A stretch of 64,000 nt of DNA from NCBI GenBank assembly GCA_963727715.1, contig CAVSGX010000005.1:50672-114671 (forward strand), in the 5' to 3' direction. The DNA comes from an uncultured bacterium (lineage in GTDB: Bacteria > Patescibacteriota > Minisyncoccia > Phycocordibacterales > DATDWN01). Below, piece after piece: positions 18,126 through 27,411 of the stretch. Positions within the stretch are counted from its first letter, which is position 1; every line of letters begins with the position of its first letter. The notes beneath the pieces were generated by a model, which saw only the letters and a list, made by a program, of their open reading frames with translations, had not been told where the DNA came from and searched no databases. A program made the translations under genes and the position numbers.

Positions 18126-18292
18126 ACCGAACTGGCATATCTTGAGACGGGCCTTTCGCAGGAGTTTAGAAAACAACGACGCAGGCGCGAGTATACGCGC
18201 CGAGAAGATTGTTTTCTTGAATGACGAGAAGTTTGCTGGCAAAGCTTTGCCAGACAGATTGCCCGGTGAGAGATATGCCAGTCTGGATTTGT
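18126..18292. ncRNA. Candidate structured RNA, copy 2 (same core as 143-288, with different but complementary helices)
   Basis: Closing helix ctggcatatct/agatatgccag. P2 helix agaaaacaa/ttgttttct, where copy 1 has agaaaatta/taattttct. P3 helix ctggcaaa/tttgccag, where copy 1 has ctgggcg/cgcccag. Confidence 0.4.
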
Positions 18293-18353
18293 GTTGACAT
18301 TAAGTCACTCTCTTGCTAGTATAAATCGCGAGCTGTAAAGCTCTATTTTTCAA

Positions 18354-18539
18354 ATGGCCAAAACATCAGTCAAAGCCCGAGCGGCAAAAAAGCCGAAGTT
18401 TTCCACCAAAGCGACCAATCGTTGCTTTAAGTGTGGACGCAAGAGGGCTTTTATGCGAGACTTTGGCTTGTGCCGTATTTGTTTCCGCGAATTGGCCAAT
18501 GAGGGGAAAATTCCGGGAATCAAAAAAGCCAGTTGGTAA
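18354..18539 (+). CDS. rpsZ: 30S ribosomal protein S14 type Z (zinc-binding)
   Basis: CFKCGRK...CRICFRE zinc ribbon, 61 aa. Confidence 0.9.
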   Translation: MAKTSVKARAAKKPKFSTKATNRCFKCGRKRAFMRDFGLCRICFRELANEGKIPGIKKASW

Positions 18540-18623
18540 ATTTCACAAAATTAAATAAGTCGTTTCGGTCAGTCGGAATTCCTAAATCTCCGATACCGCC
18601 GAAATATAATATTCAAAAATAAA

Positions 18624-19010
18624 ATGGATCCAATAGCAGATATGATTGTGCAGATAAAAAACGCTTCCGACGCAGAAAAAAAGTCGGTTGTTTTGCCGTA
18701 TTCCAAACTGAAAGTGACTATCTTAGATATTTTGGCTAAGGACGGTTTTATCAAATCTTTCAGCAAGGTCGGCAAAAAAACCATCAAATTTATTGAAGTT
18801 GTCTTAGCTTATGAAGATGACCAACCGAAAATCCACGGAGTGCAAAGGATTTCCAAGACTTCAAAGCGTGTTTACCAGAAAGCCAGAAATGTTCGTTCGG
18901 TCAAAAACGGTTTCGGCATAGCTGTCATTTCCACATCAAAAGGCATTATGTCAGACAAGGTGGCCAGAAAAGAAAAACTTGGCGGAGAAGTGCTTTTCAA
19001 AATTTGGTAA
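18624..19010 (+). CDS. rpsH: 30S ribosomal protein S8
   Basis: Conserved sequence. Confidence 0.95.
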   Translation: MDPIADMIVQIKNASDAEKKSVVLPYSKLKVTILDILAKDGFIKSFSKVGKKTIKFIEVVLAYEDDQPKIHGVQRISKTSKRVYQKARNVRSVKNGFGIAVISTSKGIMSDKVARKEKLGGEVLFKIW

Positions 19011-19031
19011 AAACAAAACAATTAAAAATAT

Positions 19032-19565
19032 ATGAGCAGAATCGGCAAAAAAACAATAAATATTCCTGACAAAACCACATGCACTTTTAGCAATGGTGTT
19101 TTTACCGCAACAGGTCCTCTGGGCAGTCTTTCCAAAAAATTCAATCCTTCCATAGAAATCACAATCGGTCCGAAAGAAATTACTTTAAAGCCGAATCAAA
19201 AGAGTATTGAAACAAATGCCTTGTGGGGGACATACGCTTCGCATATTACAAATATGATAAGTGGGGTGAACATGGCTTTTACAAAAAAACTGATTTTGGA
19301 AGGGATTGGCTACAAGTCCGAAGTCAAAGGAACAAATCTGGTGTTGGCTTTGGGATTTTCCCATCCGGTGACTGTGGCTATTCCAGAAGGTCTCAAAGTG
19401 ACGGCGGAAAAAAATTTGATTACAGTTTCCGGCAGTGACAAAGAATCGGTCGGGCAATTTGCCGCCAGTGTCAGGGCTTTGAAAAAACCGGAGCCGTACA
19501 AAGGCAAAGGAATGCGATATGAAGGGGAGGTTATCAAGCGCAAACAAGGCAAGAAAACTGTTTAA
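19032..19565 (+). CDS. rplF: 50S ribosomal protein L6
   Basis: Conserved sequence. Confidence 0.95.
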   Translation: MSRIGKKTINIPDKTTCTFSNGVFTATGPLGSLSKKFNPSIEITIGPKEITLKPNQKSIETNALWGTYASHITNMISGVNMAFTKKLILEGIGYKSEVKGTNLVLALGFSHPVTVAIPEGLKVTAEKNLITVSGSDKESVGQFAASVRALKKPEPYKGKGMRYEGEVIKRKQGKKTV

Positions 19566-19571
19566 CGAAAA

Positions 19572-19922
19572 ATGAAAAATATAAAAACAAACATTGAACA
19601 GAGAAACAGACGACACAGACGCATTCGCGCCAGAGTTTCCGGCACGAGTGATGTTCCGCGACTTTCCGTTTTCAAATCAAACCGTTACATTTCCGCTCAA
19701 CTAATAGACGATGAAAAAAACGTGACGCTTCTCTCCGCTCATTCCAAAGAGGCCAAAGGAAAAACACTTTTGGAAAAATCGGCCAATGTCGGCAAAGATA
19801 TTGCCACCAAAGCGGTCGCCAAAAAAATTAAAAAAGTGGTTTTTGATCGCGGTGGATTTTTTTACACCGGTTGCGTCAAAGCTTTGGCTGACGGAGCGCG
19901 AGAAGGAGGGCTCCAGTTCTAA
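19572..19922 (+). CDS. rplR: 50S ribosomal protein L18
   Basis: Conserved sequence. Confidence 0.9.
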   Translation: MKNIKTNIEQRNRRHRRIRARVSGTSDVPRLSVFKSNRYISAQLIDDEKNVTLLSAHSKEAKGKTLLEKSANVGKDIATKAVAKKIKKVVFDRGGFFYTGCVKALADGAREGGLQF

Positions 19923-19949
19923 ATCAAAATTTAAAAATCAAAAATTAAA

Positions 19950-20582
19950 ATGGAAGACAAAGATTTAAAAACAGAAGAAGAAATAATTGAAACCGATACG
20001 AAAAGTCTGAATGGTGTTTCTGCACCGACAGCTACAGTGGCGCCGACCTTTGTTGACACCAGAGACAACAGAGGCCCGCGCAACACAAGACCTCAACGTA
20101 AGTCGGGTCCTCGTCGTGATGCCCGCCCGAAATCAGAGTTTGATCAAAAAATCATCAGCATTCGTCGTGTCACTCGCGTCGTCACTGGCGGTCGTCGTTT
20201 TGCTTTTTCAGTAGCGGTGGTTATTGGCGATCGAAAAGGACGCGTCGGCGTTGGTATTGGCAAAGCTTCTGATACGCCAGTAGCCATTGACAAAGCCGTG
20301 CGTGATGCCAAGAAAAATATGATAACTGTTAAAATTTCCAAAGACGGCTCAATCCCGCATGATGTTTCTGCCAAATATTCATCTTCGCGCGTGCATATTA
20401 TGCGAGCTCCGGGCAAAGGAATTTTAGCCGGCTCATCTGTCCGCACAGTTTTGGAATTTGCCGGATTGAAAGGAGTTTCAGCCAAAATTTTCTCGCGTAG
20501 CAAAAATAAAATTAACAATGCCAAAGTGGCTGTCAAAGCTTTGGAAATGTTGCAGAACGAGAGAATAAGAAGTAATGAGTAA
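19950..20582 (+). CDS. rpsE: 30S ribosomal protein S5 (N-terminal extension; C-terminal codons lie inside the hairpin repeat)
   Basis: S5 dsRBD and C-terminal domains. Confidence 0.95.
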   Translation: MEDKDLKTEEEIIETDTKSLNGVSAPTATVAPTFVDTRDNRGPRNTRPQRKSGPRRDARPKSEFDQKIISIRRVTRVVTGGRRFAFSVAVVIGDRKGRVGVGIGKASDTPVAIDKAVRDAKKNMITVKISKDGSIPHDVSAKYSSSRVHIMRAPGKGILAGSSVRTVLEFAGLKGVSAKIFSRSKNKINNAKVAVKALEMLQNERIRSNE

Positions 20583-20642
20583 AAAGTAAGAAGTAAAAAA
20601 TACAAAACCACATTTACATTTTACTCATTACTTCTTACATAT
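20568..20642. repeat. Hairpin repeat family, copy 3 (in the rpsE-rplO spacer, overlapping the rpsE stop codon)
   Basis: 21-bp stem gaagtaatgagtaaaaagtaa / ttacattttactcattacttc with one mismatch. Confidence 0.5.
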
Positions 20643-20651
20643 TAAATTATC

Positions 20652-21086
20652 ATGCAAACAAATCAACTGAAAAGACAACATAAAAACAAAAAAACCCGCC
20701 AAATCGGTCGGGCTGGTCAGCGTGGCAAAACTTCCGGCAGGGGAACGAAAGGTCAGAATGCCAGAGCCGGGCACAAAAAACGACCGGAGATTCGGGATTT
20801 CATCAAGCGTATTCCAAAACTGCGCGGTCGGGGGAAAAACCTGAACACCAGCGTCCAGAAAAAACCAGTCGTTCTCAATCTGAAAGATTTAAAAGTTTTT
20901 GTCGCGGGCGAAACGGTTTCTCCACAAACACTTCTGGCTAAAAAGTTGATTGGCAAAAATGATGTTTCAAAAGGTGTTAAAATATTGTCGGTTGGAGAGG
21001 CACCAAGCAAAATTTCTGTTATCAGTTGCCAAGTTTCGGCCGGGGCCAAAAAAGCCATTGAGGAAGAGGGTAGCTCGGTAAAATAA
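20652..21086 (+). CDS. rplO: 50S ribosomal protein L15
   Basis: Conserved sequence. No L30 gene precedes it. Confidence 0.9.
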   Translation: MQTNQLKRQHKNKKTRQIGRAGQRGKTSGRGTKGQNARAGHKKRPEIRDFIKRIPKLRGRGKNLNTSVQKKPVVLNLKDLKVFVAGETVSPQTLLAKKLIGKNDVSKGVKILSVGEAPSKISVISCQVSAGAKKAIEEEGSSVK

Positions 21087-21092
21087 TTTTTT

Positions 21093-22367
21093 ATGATTCA
21101 AGATTTTTTAAACAAACTGAAACTGATTTTTCAAGACAAGATTTTGCGCAAGCGAATATTTTTTACTTTGGCGGTGCTGATTATTTTCCGTTTTCTGGCG
21201 GCCATACCGATTCCGGGCATTGACCAAGCTCGTCTGGCTCAATTTTTCTCCGGCAATGAGTTCCTCGGGATGCTCAACATTTTCTCCGGTGGTGGTTTGT
21301 CCCAGTTTTCCATTGTCATGCTTGGTGTTGTGCCATATATCACCGGCTCGATTATTATGCAACTTTTGACCGTTCTCTCACCGAAACTAAAGGCAATGTA
21401 TCAGGAAGAAGGTGAAGCCGGCCGTCGCCGATTTGCTCAATACGGGCGCTTGCTGACCGTGCCACTGGCTTTGATTCAAGGTTTCAGCTTCATTAAAATT
21501 TTGGAAAGTCAAAACGCCATTGTTCATCTGGCCGGCTCCGCTTTGATCGGCAATTTAATCATCATCACCGCCGGCTCCGTCCTTCTTATGTGGATCGGCG
21601 AATTGATTTCCGAATACGGCATTGGCAACGGCGTTTCTCTCATCATCTTTGCCGGTATCGTCTCGCGCATCCCGACCGAACTCGGCCAGCTTTTGTATGT
21701 TTTTAACACTTCCCAAATCCCGCTTTACTTGTTGTTCGTTGTTGTCGGACTTTTGGTTATTATGGGTGTGGTCATCATTACCGAAGCCGAAAGACCGATC
21801 CCAATTACTTATGCCAGACAAGTCCGCGGTAACAAAGTCTATGGTGGCACCTCAACATATCTGCCTTTGCGCATCAACCAAGCCGGCGTTATTCCGATTA
21901 TTTTTGCCGCTTCTATTTTGCTTTTCCCGCAGATGATTTTTAAGTTTCTGGCAAACAACAGCCATATCATCATTGCCAACATTTCCAAATTTGTTATGGC
22001 TATGCTGACAAACAATTACTTTTACGGCATAGCTTACTTCCTTTTGGTTTTTGTATTTACTTACTTTTACACAGCTGTTACATTTGATCCGGACCAAATT
22101 GCCACAAACCTCCAGAAAAACGGCGCCTTCATTCCCGGTGTTCGTCCGGGCAACTCCACCTCGGAATACATCTCGCGCATTTTGACTCGCCTGACTCTGG
22201 TCGGCGCGCTTTTCCTCGGCGCCATCGCTGTTTTTCCGATTATCGTCAAAAACATCACCGGCATCACAGCCATCTCCGTTGGTGGCACAGCCCTACTCAT
22301 CGTCGTTTCAGTTGTCATTGACCTCATCAAAAAAATCGACGCTCAGGTTTCTATTCGGGAGTACTAA
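21093..22367 (+). CDS. secY: Protein translocase subunit SecY
   Basis: 10-TM SecY with conserved motifs. Confidence 0.95.
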   Translation: MIQDFLNKLKLIFQDKILRKRIFFTLAVLIIFRFLAAIPIPGIDQARLAQFFSGNEFLGMLNIFSGGGLSQFSIVMLGVVPYITGSIIMQLLTVLSPKLKAMYQEEGEAGRRRFAQYGRLLTVPLALIQGFSFIKILESQNAIVHLAGSALIGNLIIITAGSVLLMWIGELISEYGIGNGVSLIIFAGIVSRIPTELGQLLYVFNTSQIPLYLLFVVVGLLVIMGVVIITEAERPIPITYARQVRGNKVYGGTSTYLPLRINQAGVIPIIFAASILLFPQMIFKFLANNSHIIIANISKFVMAMLTNNYFYGIAYFLLVFVFTYFYTAVTFDPDQIATNLQKNGAFIPGVRPGNSTSEYISRILTRLTLVGALFLGAIAVFPIIVKNITGITAISVGGTALLIVVSVVIDLIKKIDAQVSIREY

Positions 22368-22384
22368 AAACCTAGCGGAGACGG

Positions 22385-22559
22385 TGGGAGTTTCGGCCTC
22401 AAAAAATTCCACGCTGTCGCGTGGAATTTTTCTGGCCACCGGTTTGGCGACACGCCGTGCTCGGCGCGTGACCGCCAAACCGTTCGAATCCCACGCACAA
22501 AGCTTCGCTTTGCTCGCTCCTGCGGAGAGTGTGGTTCGAAGTTGGAACATTTCTAATGG
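22385..22559. repeat. Direct repeat copy A, about 170 bp. Its first 15 nt (gcggagacggtggga) duplicate the 3' end of tRNA-Ser. Contains a 10-bp hairpin terminator (22401-22432).
   Basis: Nearly identical to 24570-24735. Its first 15 nt match the tRNA 3' end at 29675-29689. Confidence 0.8.
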
Positions 22560-22625
22560 TATTCAAAAGATGATATTCTTAATCTGTGTATAACCTAATT
22601 CTGAATCAATGCTACAATAAAATAT

Positions 22626-22868
22626 ATGAAAACAGATTCTACTATAAGTATAGCTAGGTATTTATCAATGTTTTTGCTCTTTTGGTTATTTTTATTTTTT
22701 AATATTTTAACTTCTCTACCTGTAGGTTGGGGTGGGTATTCTAATCCAGAACTTGGTCTTATTTTTGAAATTCCTATATGGATATTTGTTGGTGGTTTAT
22801 ATAGTATTTTATCTTTTGTTATAATTAAAAAGGAAAACCCAATAATAATTTTCTGGTTTTATTATTGA
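22626..22868 (+). CDS. Small hydrophobic membrane protein
   Basis: ORF with two TM segments, located in island 1. Confidence 0.3.
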   Translation: MKTDSTISIARYLSMFLLFWLFLFFNILTSLPVGWGGYSNPELGLIFEIPIWIFVGGLYSILSFVIIKKENPIIIFWFYY

Positions 22869-22920
22869 TTCTGCGTCTTCATTTTATATAGATACTTATC
22901 ATAGGGCTTATCCAACAGTA

Positions 22921-23571
22921 ATGGGTTTAATAATTATTGTAGCAATGATTGTTGCATTTATTTTATCTTTAACAGCTGTTTGGAAAGATAAGATTTTACT
23001 TAAAAAATTTGTATTCAGTTTTATTGTGGTGATTTCTTGTTTGGTAGGTCTTTACACAATTTCTTTTAATTATTCTAATTATCTTGAAAATATAGACTTG
23101 GAAAAAGGGCGTCAATTTGCAAAGGGATTAGATGACCGTGAAGCAAAGGATAAACAGGATTTTGATAATGCTATAGCGACAGGTTTTAAGTTTACAGTCT
23201 CATTTAACGGTAAAATATTACAAGATGCCAATTTGTACTATAAACAAACTAAAGTAATGCAAACTAACAATATCTATATACCCTCTCCTGAGGGGGTTGT
23301 TCAACCTGTAAATGGGTATGTAAGTAGTGGAGGTAGGATGCTGCCAGGTGAATATATGTTAGCACCTGTGATTAATAAAGTAGATGGTCAGACTTTTATT
23401 TGTCCAAATTACAAAATGGAAGGGTTAATTTTTAGAGGTCCTTACTCTCTTGTAGAAGGTAAGACAACTATTGTAAATATTGATATAAATAATACTGAAT
23501 ATGAAGCTTTGTTAAAAATACAATCAGAGCAATCAAAAAATTCTGTTGGTTGTTTTCAAGAAACTTTATAA
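22921..23571 (+). CDS. Hypothetical membrane-anchored protein
   Basis: N-terminal TM helices, located in island 1. Confidence 0.35.
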   Translation: MGLIIIVAMIVAFILSLTAVWKDKILLKKFVFSFIVVISCLVGLYTISFNYSNYLENIDLEKGRQFAKGLDDREAKDKQDFDNAIATGFKFTVSFNGKILQDANLYYKQTKVMQTNNIYIPSPEGVVQPVNGYVSSGGRMLPGEYMLAPVINKVDGQTFICPNYKMEGLIFRGPYSLVEGKTTIVNIDINNTEYEALLKIQSEQSKNSVGCFQETL

Positions 23572-23911
23572 TTGGCTAGGGTCTATACCAAGATAATAGA
23601 TTTACAGAACTTGATTCAAGTACGCTTTTCCTGCTTAGTACATAACTACTACAAATCAGAATAATAATTATCAATGCAGAGAATGCGATGATAATACTGA
23701 ATCGTTTTTCTTTAATAAAGTTTTTCATGGTATTTTCGTTTTAACAAAAACTTCACAAATTTGCCAATTTATAAATAGTTATGTCAATTTTTAAGACCTG
23801 TGGATAACATAGACTTCTCATCTTGAATATGCTAATATTTTGGTAACAAATAATTCCTCGTGCGTGGGCTTCCGGATGGTTGCTCGCAAATAGCGCACGG
23901 GGTTTTGTTAT

Positions 23912-24553
23912 CTATGGAAATAAAGGACTCTCTTCTATTATTTTGTTTTTTATAATGTTGTAGTAGCTATCGTCGCCATTTTCATACTTTCGAAAAATAG
24001 CCCAACTGATAAAATCAACCGCTTGCAAACTTTTTTCTCCAGATGGAGTTTTGATAGACACCTTCATTGTCCCATTGTGATTGCTTTTTACTTGGCGGTT
24101 GAGGTAGCTTTTAAAATTTTCATTAAGAAATTTGTTTGTCTCTCTGCGCGAAGCTATCAACTCTATTTCCTTATCATTCGACACAATTTTTTTATTGTAA
24201 ATGCGATCAAGTAAAATATTGGTTACATAGTTATAAAGAACTTGTTTTTCGTCCTGCAATTTTGTAAAAACTTTTTTCTTGTTCAAATAAATAGACATTA
24301 TCGAACAATCACTTTCCGCCAATTTTTTCAGCAAGCGTTGTCTGGTAACAGGTTTTTCGTTTGTTGCATGTAATGTGCCTATTCTTCGTTTGATTTTTTT
24401 ATTTAACTGTGCGTGAATATTTTTGATAATTTTCTCGATTACTTTTTTGTTATTTTCAACAAATAAAAAAGTGATAACGAAAAAATTAGAAGTGCCTTTT
24501 TTCTTAAAATCAAATCCCAAATCTCCACTTTCATCTAAAAATATATACGCCAT
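23912..24553 (-). CDS. DUF3800-family protein
   Basis: Start motif MAYIFLDESGDLGF is typical of DUF3800. The track ORF extends into the repeat; start trimmed to this Met. Confidence 0.5.
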   Translation of the reverse strand: MAYIFLDESGDLGFDFKKKGTSNFFVITFLFVENNKKVIEKIIKNIHAQLNKKIKRRIGTLHATNEKPVTRQRLLKKLAESDCSIMSIYLNKKKVFTKLQDEKQVLYNYVTNILLDRIYNKKIVSNDKEIELIASRRETNKFLNENFKSYLNRQVKSNHNGTMKVSIKTPSGEKSLQAVDFISWAIFRKYENGDDSYYNIIKNKIIEESPLFP

Positions 24554-24569
24554 AAGGTTTTGCGGAGAC

Positions 24570-24735
24570 GGTGGGAGTTTCGGCCTCAAAAAATTCCACG
24601 CTGTCGCGTGGAATTTTTCTGGCCACCGGTTTGGCGACACGCCGTGCTCGGCGCGTGACCGCCAAACCGTTCGAATCCCACGCACAAAGCTTCGCTTTGC
24701 TCGCTCCTGCGGGGGGCGTGGGGTGAAGTTGGAAC
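24570..24735. repeat. Direct repeat copy B (att-like, same sequence as 22385-22559)
   Basis: 166 of about 170 nt are identical to copy A. Confidence 0.8.
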
Positions 24736-24765
24736 TTTTTTACTCAATACTGTATCATAGTATAT

Positions 24766-25695
24766 ATGGAAAAATTTGAAAATCTAACACCAGAGTCACC
24801 AAGAGTAGAAAGCCAGTGGCTTGAAGAACAATTCAAAAATGTAGAGATTATTGATGTTAATGGGCAAGAGGTTAAAGTTTTGGACATTATTCCACCAGAC
24901 CCAAAAATTGATGTGCCTGTGGTTATGGCTCCGGGTTATGGCACTTCGGGTCCTTTCCATATAAAAACAAATATTTTGGAGATGGTTCGTCTCGGCCGGC
25001 GAACTTTATTTATTGACGAACCACGAGGTATTGAAAATAAAATTGATGATGAAAACACGGAAGGAATACAAGAATATTTTTTGAAACAAATTTCTGCTCT
25101 CATTGGTGTCCTTGACGCAAAAGGAATTGATAAAGTTGATGTTGTTGGTAATTCAGAGGGTGGAATGTATGCGATTATCGCGGCGGACATTTACCCTGAA
25201 AGATTTAGTAATATTGTTTTATGTAATACCGGTGGAATGATTGGGGACGATTCAGCTCCAAAATTGATATATAGATTTGCTGTTGATGGACTTCGTTCGG
25301 CGGTTGATATGATGAAAAGAAAAAAGACAATGTCTGCCGGTGCTCAACAACAAATGAAAGAGGGAGTTGCCGGTTTTAATAAATATGTAATGGGCGAGCC
25401 AAAATCTTCCTATGACGAAATAAAGAGCATGGCTGGCACACAAATTCGCAATATGGTAAAAGAGGTTAAATCAGAGGGTGTTGGAATTTCAATTATTCAT
25501 ACGACAGATGACGGTGTTTTTCCTATGGCACGAGTTCAAAAAGAAACTTCACGAACTTCTCCCGACGAGGAACTTATTGTTGATGGCTTTTATTCCATAA
25601 GAGGCGGACATGGAGAGTTTTCAATAAATCCTGAACAATACACAAGACTTGCCGATGAGGCTTTATCTGCGCTGGAAGCAAAAAAGAAAAAATAA
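24766..25695 (+). CDS. Alpha/beta-hydrolase fold protein
   Basis: GNSEGG nucleophile elbow (GxSxG). Confidence 0.55.
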   Translation: MEKFENLTPESPRVESQWLEEQFKNVEIIDVNGQEVKVLDIIPPDPKIDVPVVMAPGYGTSGPFHIKTNILEMVRLGRRTLFIDEPRGIENKIDDENTEGIQEYFLKQISALIGVLDAKGIDKVDVVGNSEGGMYAIIAADIYPERFSNIVLCNTGGMIGDDSAPKLIYRFAVDGLRSAVDMMKRKKTMSAGAQQQMKEGVAGFNKYVMGEPKSSYDEIKSMAGTQIRNMVKEVKSEGVGISIIHTTDDGVFPMARVQKETSRTSPDEELIVDGFYSIRGGHGEFSINPEQYTRLADEALSALEAKKKK

Positions 25696-25986
25696 AAGGA
25701 AAAGGTGCCGAGATTTCTCCACGGCACCTGCACTGCTTCCTGATGTTTTAGTCGCCCTCTTTTTTCCTCCGTTTCCACTCTTTCCAGAGCTTCGGAGTTT
25801 CCATGAGGTTGATGATGAACATTGCCACCAAAATCAAAAAGAAAATGATTTTGCCGGCTTGAAAGAGCACAGAGAAAATCGTATGTAGCATGAATCTCAC
25901 TTTCTGCATTGATTATACACCATTACTTGTGTTTTTGTCAAGGTTTTTTACTTTTCCCAAAATATGGCGTAATGTAAAAGCCATAT

Positions 25987-26901
25987 ATGGACACCCTCAT
26001 CTCACAGCTAGACCACAAATACGAGCAATACAAAAAGAATATATCCGAGCATTTCATTGACTCCGACACTCTCGTTTTTGAGTCGGCATACGACTATTTT
26101 TGTATTACAGAAAAGCAACCAAAAATAAAAGAAATTTTAGAAAAAGATAGGCAGGATTTGGAGAAAAACAAAAAGGAAATTGTAAAGAAAAATAAGTCGT
26201 CGGAAACGCAAAAAGAATTTTTGGAAAGTGCCGAATTTAACTCGCTATCTTTCTGCTATGACGAAGTTTTGAAAGTGGTATATCTGCCGATGACTAAACA
26301 CAAAAAATCTCAAAATCCGTTATCAGAAAAAGATATTGTCGGCGATACTCAACTTTTAAGTGAAAGATTTTTGAACACAATGAATTTTTTGGTCGTGGGA
26401 TTTGTAAAGCTATGCAAAATTCCTATAAAGAAAGATGTAGAGGCCAGAACTGCTTTGTATAAAATGGCATACAATTTCAAGCGACCGAAATATCCGCTGT
26501 ATATGGAGCAGATACACAAATTGCTCGTCCCGCAACTCTTGGAAATTTACACGCAAAAGCCGGAAGTATCCGTTGTCAAAAACGCTCTACCGGTTATTTG
26601 TATTGACGACAAGAAAGGTATTTATTGCGAGTTAAACCCGAAAGCCGTGTATGCAATTTCTAGAATTAGTAAGCGGTTTAATCTCATCAAATATTTGCAA
26701 ACAAAAGGCTATTGCAAAATAGACGAATTGGCCGAATTAAAAAATCAAAAAGACACCGATACAATGAAAGCTATCACAGAAATAAATCGGTTATTCAGAA
26801 AAAATACTGGTCTAAATATTGACCTGATAAATCACTCTGACACTAGCGGATATTCGCTCAATAAAACAGAGCTGGATATAAAAATGATGCAAAGTTTTTA
26901 G
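25987..26901 (+). CDS. Hypothetical protein (island cargo)
   Basis: ORF only. Confidence 0.35.
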   Translation: MDTLISQLDHKYEQYKKNISEHFIDSDTLVFESAYDYFCITEKQPKIKEILEKDRQDLEKNKKEIVKKNKSSETQKEFLESAEFNSLSFCYDEVLKVVYLPMTKHKKSQNPLSEKDIVGDTQLLSERFLNTMNFLVVGFVKLCKIPIKKDVEARTALYKMAYNFKRPKYPLYMEQIHKLLVPQLLEIYTQKPEVSVVKNALPVICIDDKKGIYCELNPKAVYAISRISKRFNLIKYLQTKGYCKIDELAELKNQKDTDTMKAITEINRLFRKNTGLNIDLINHSDTSGYSLNKTELDIKMMQSF

Positions 26902-27009
26902 GTGGCGTTAATAACCACTTTTCCAAGACCTTGAAATAAAGGTCTTTTTGGCATGAACGCCACCCAAAGAAACAACGATTTTTCTTGTTCTGGGTGGGAG
27001 AATTAGTAT

Positions 27010-27306
27010 GTGAAAACATACAGCAAACCATTGGTCGAGAGGTGCAAAGAATATTTCCACCGTGTCCACAACACGGATATTTCGGACGACACGGCGAATG
27101 AATATTTGCGCTCGTTTGCAAAGTTGTATCTGGCTTTCGCTCGGCCAAACGGCGGGAGTCTCGGGAGCGACATAAATGTCGCGCGAGACTTCGCCGTTGC
27201 CGAGCCAGCCATTAGCAGTAGCGAGGATTTTTCCTTAATAGGTGGTTCCCGAATTCGTAATGCGGTAATTGACGATAAATTTCAGTTGGACTCAATGCAC
27301 AAATGA
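27010..27306 (+). CDS. Hypothetical protein
   Basis: ORF only. Confidence 0.25.
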   Translation: MKTYSKPLVERCKEYFHRVHNTDISDDTANEYLRSFAKLYLAFARPNGGSLGSDINVARDFAVAEPAISSSEDFSLIGGSRIRNAVIDDKFQLDSMHK

Positions 27307-27411
27307 AATTATACAGCTGTAAGGGTCTGGCCACAGAGGGTGGCATTGGTAACTTGCTGATTACCTAACATAAGAATAAAGAAGAAAAGAATAAAAATAT
27401 CTAAAAATACA

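Noticed and set aside
22279-22593. 104-aa ORF in the region after secY (a 118-aa twin lies at 24423-24779)
   Set aside because: Both lie entirely within the roughly 170-bp att-like direct repeats, which also contain terminator hairpins. They are repeat-derived artefacts, not genes.
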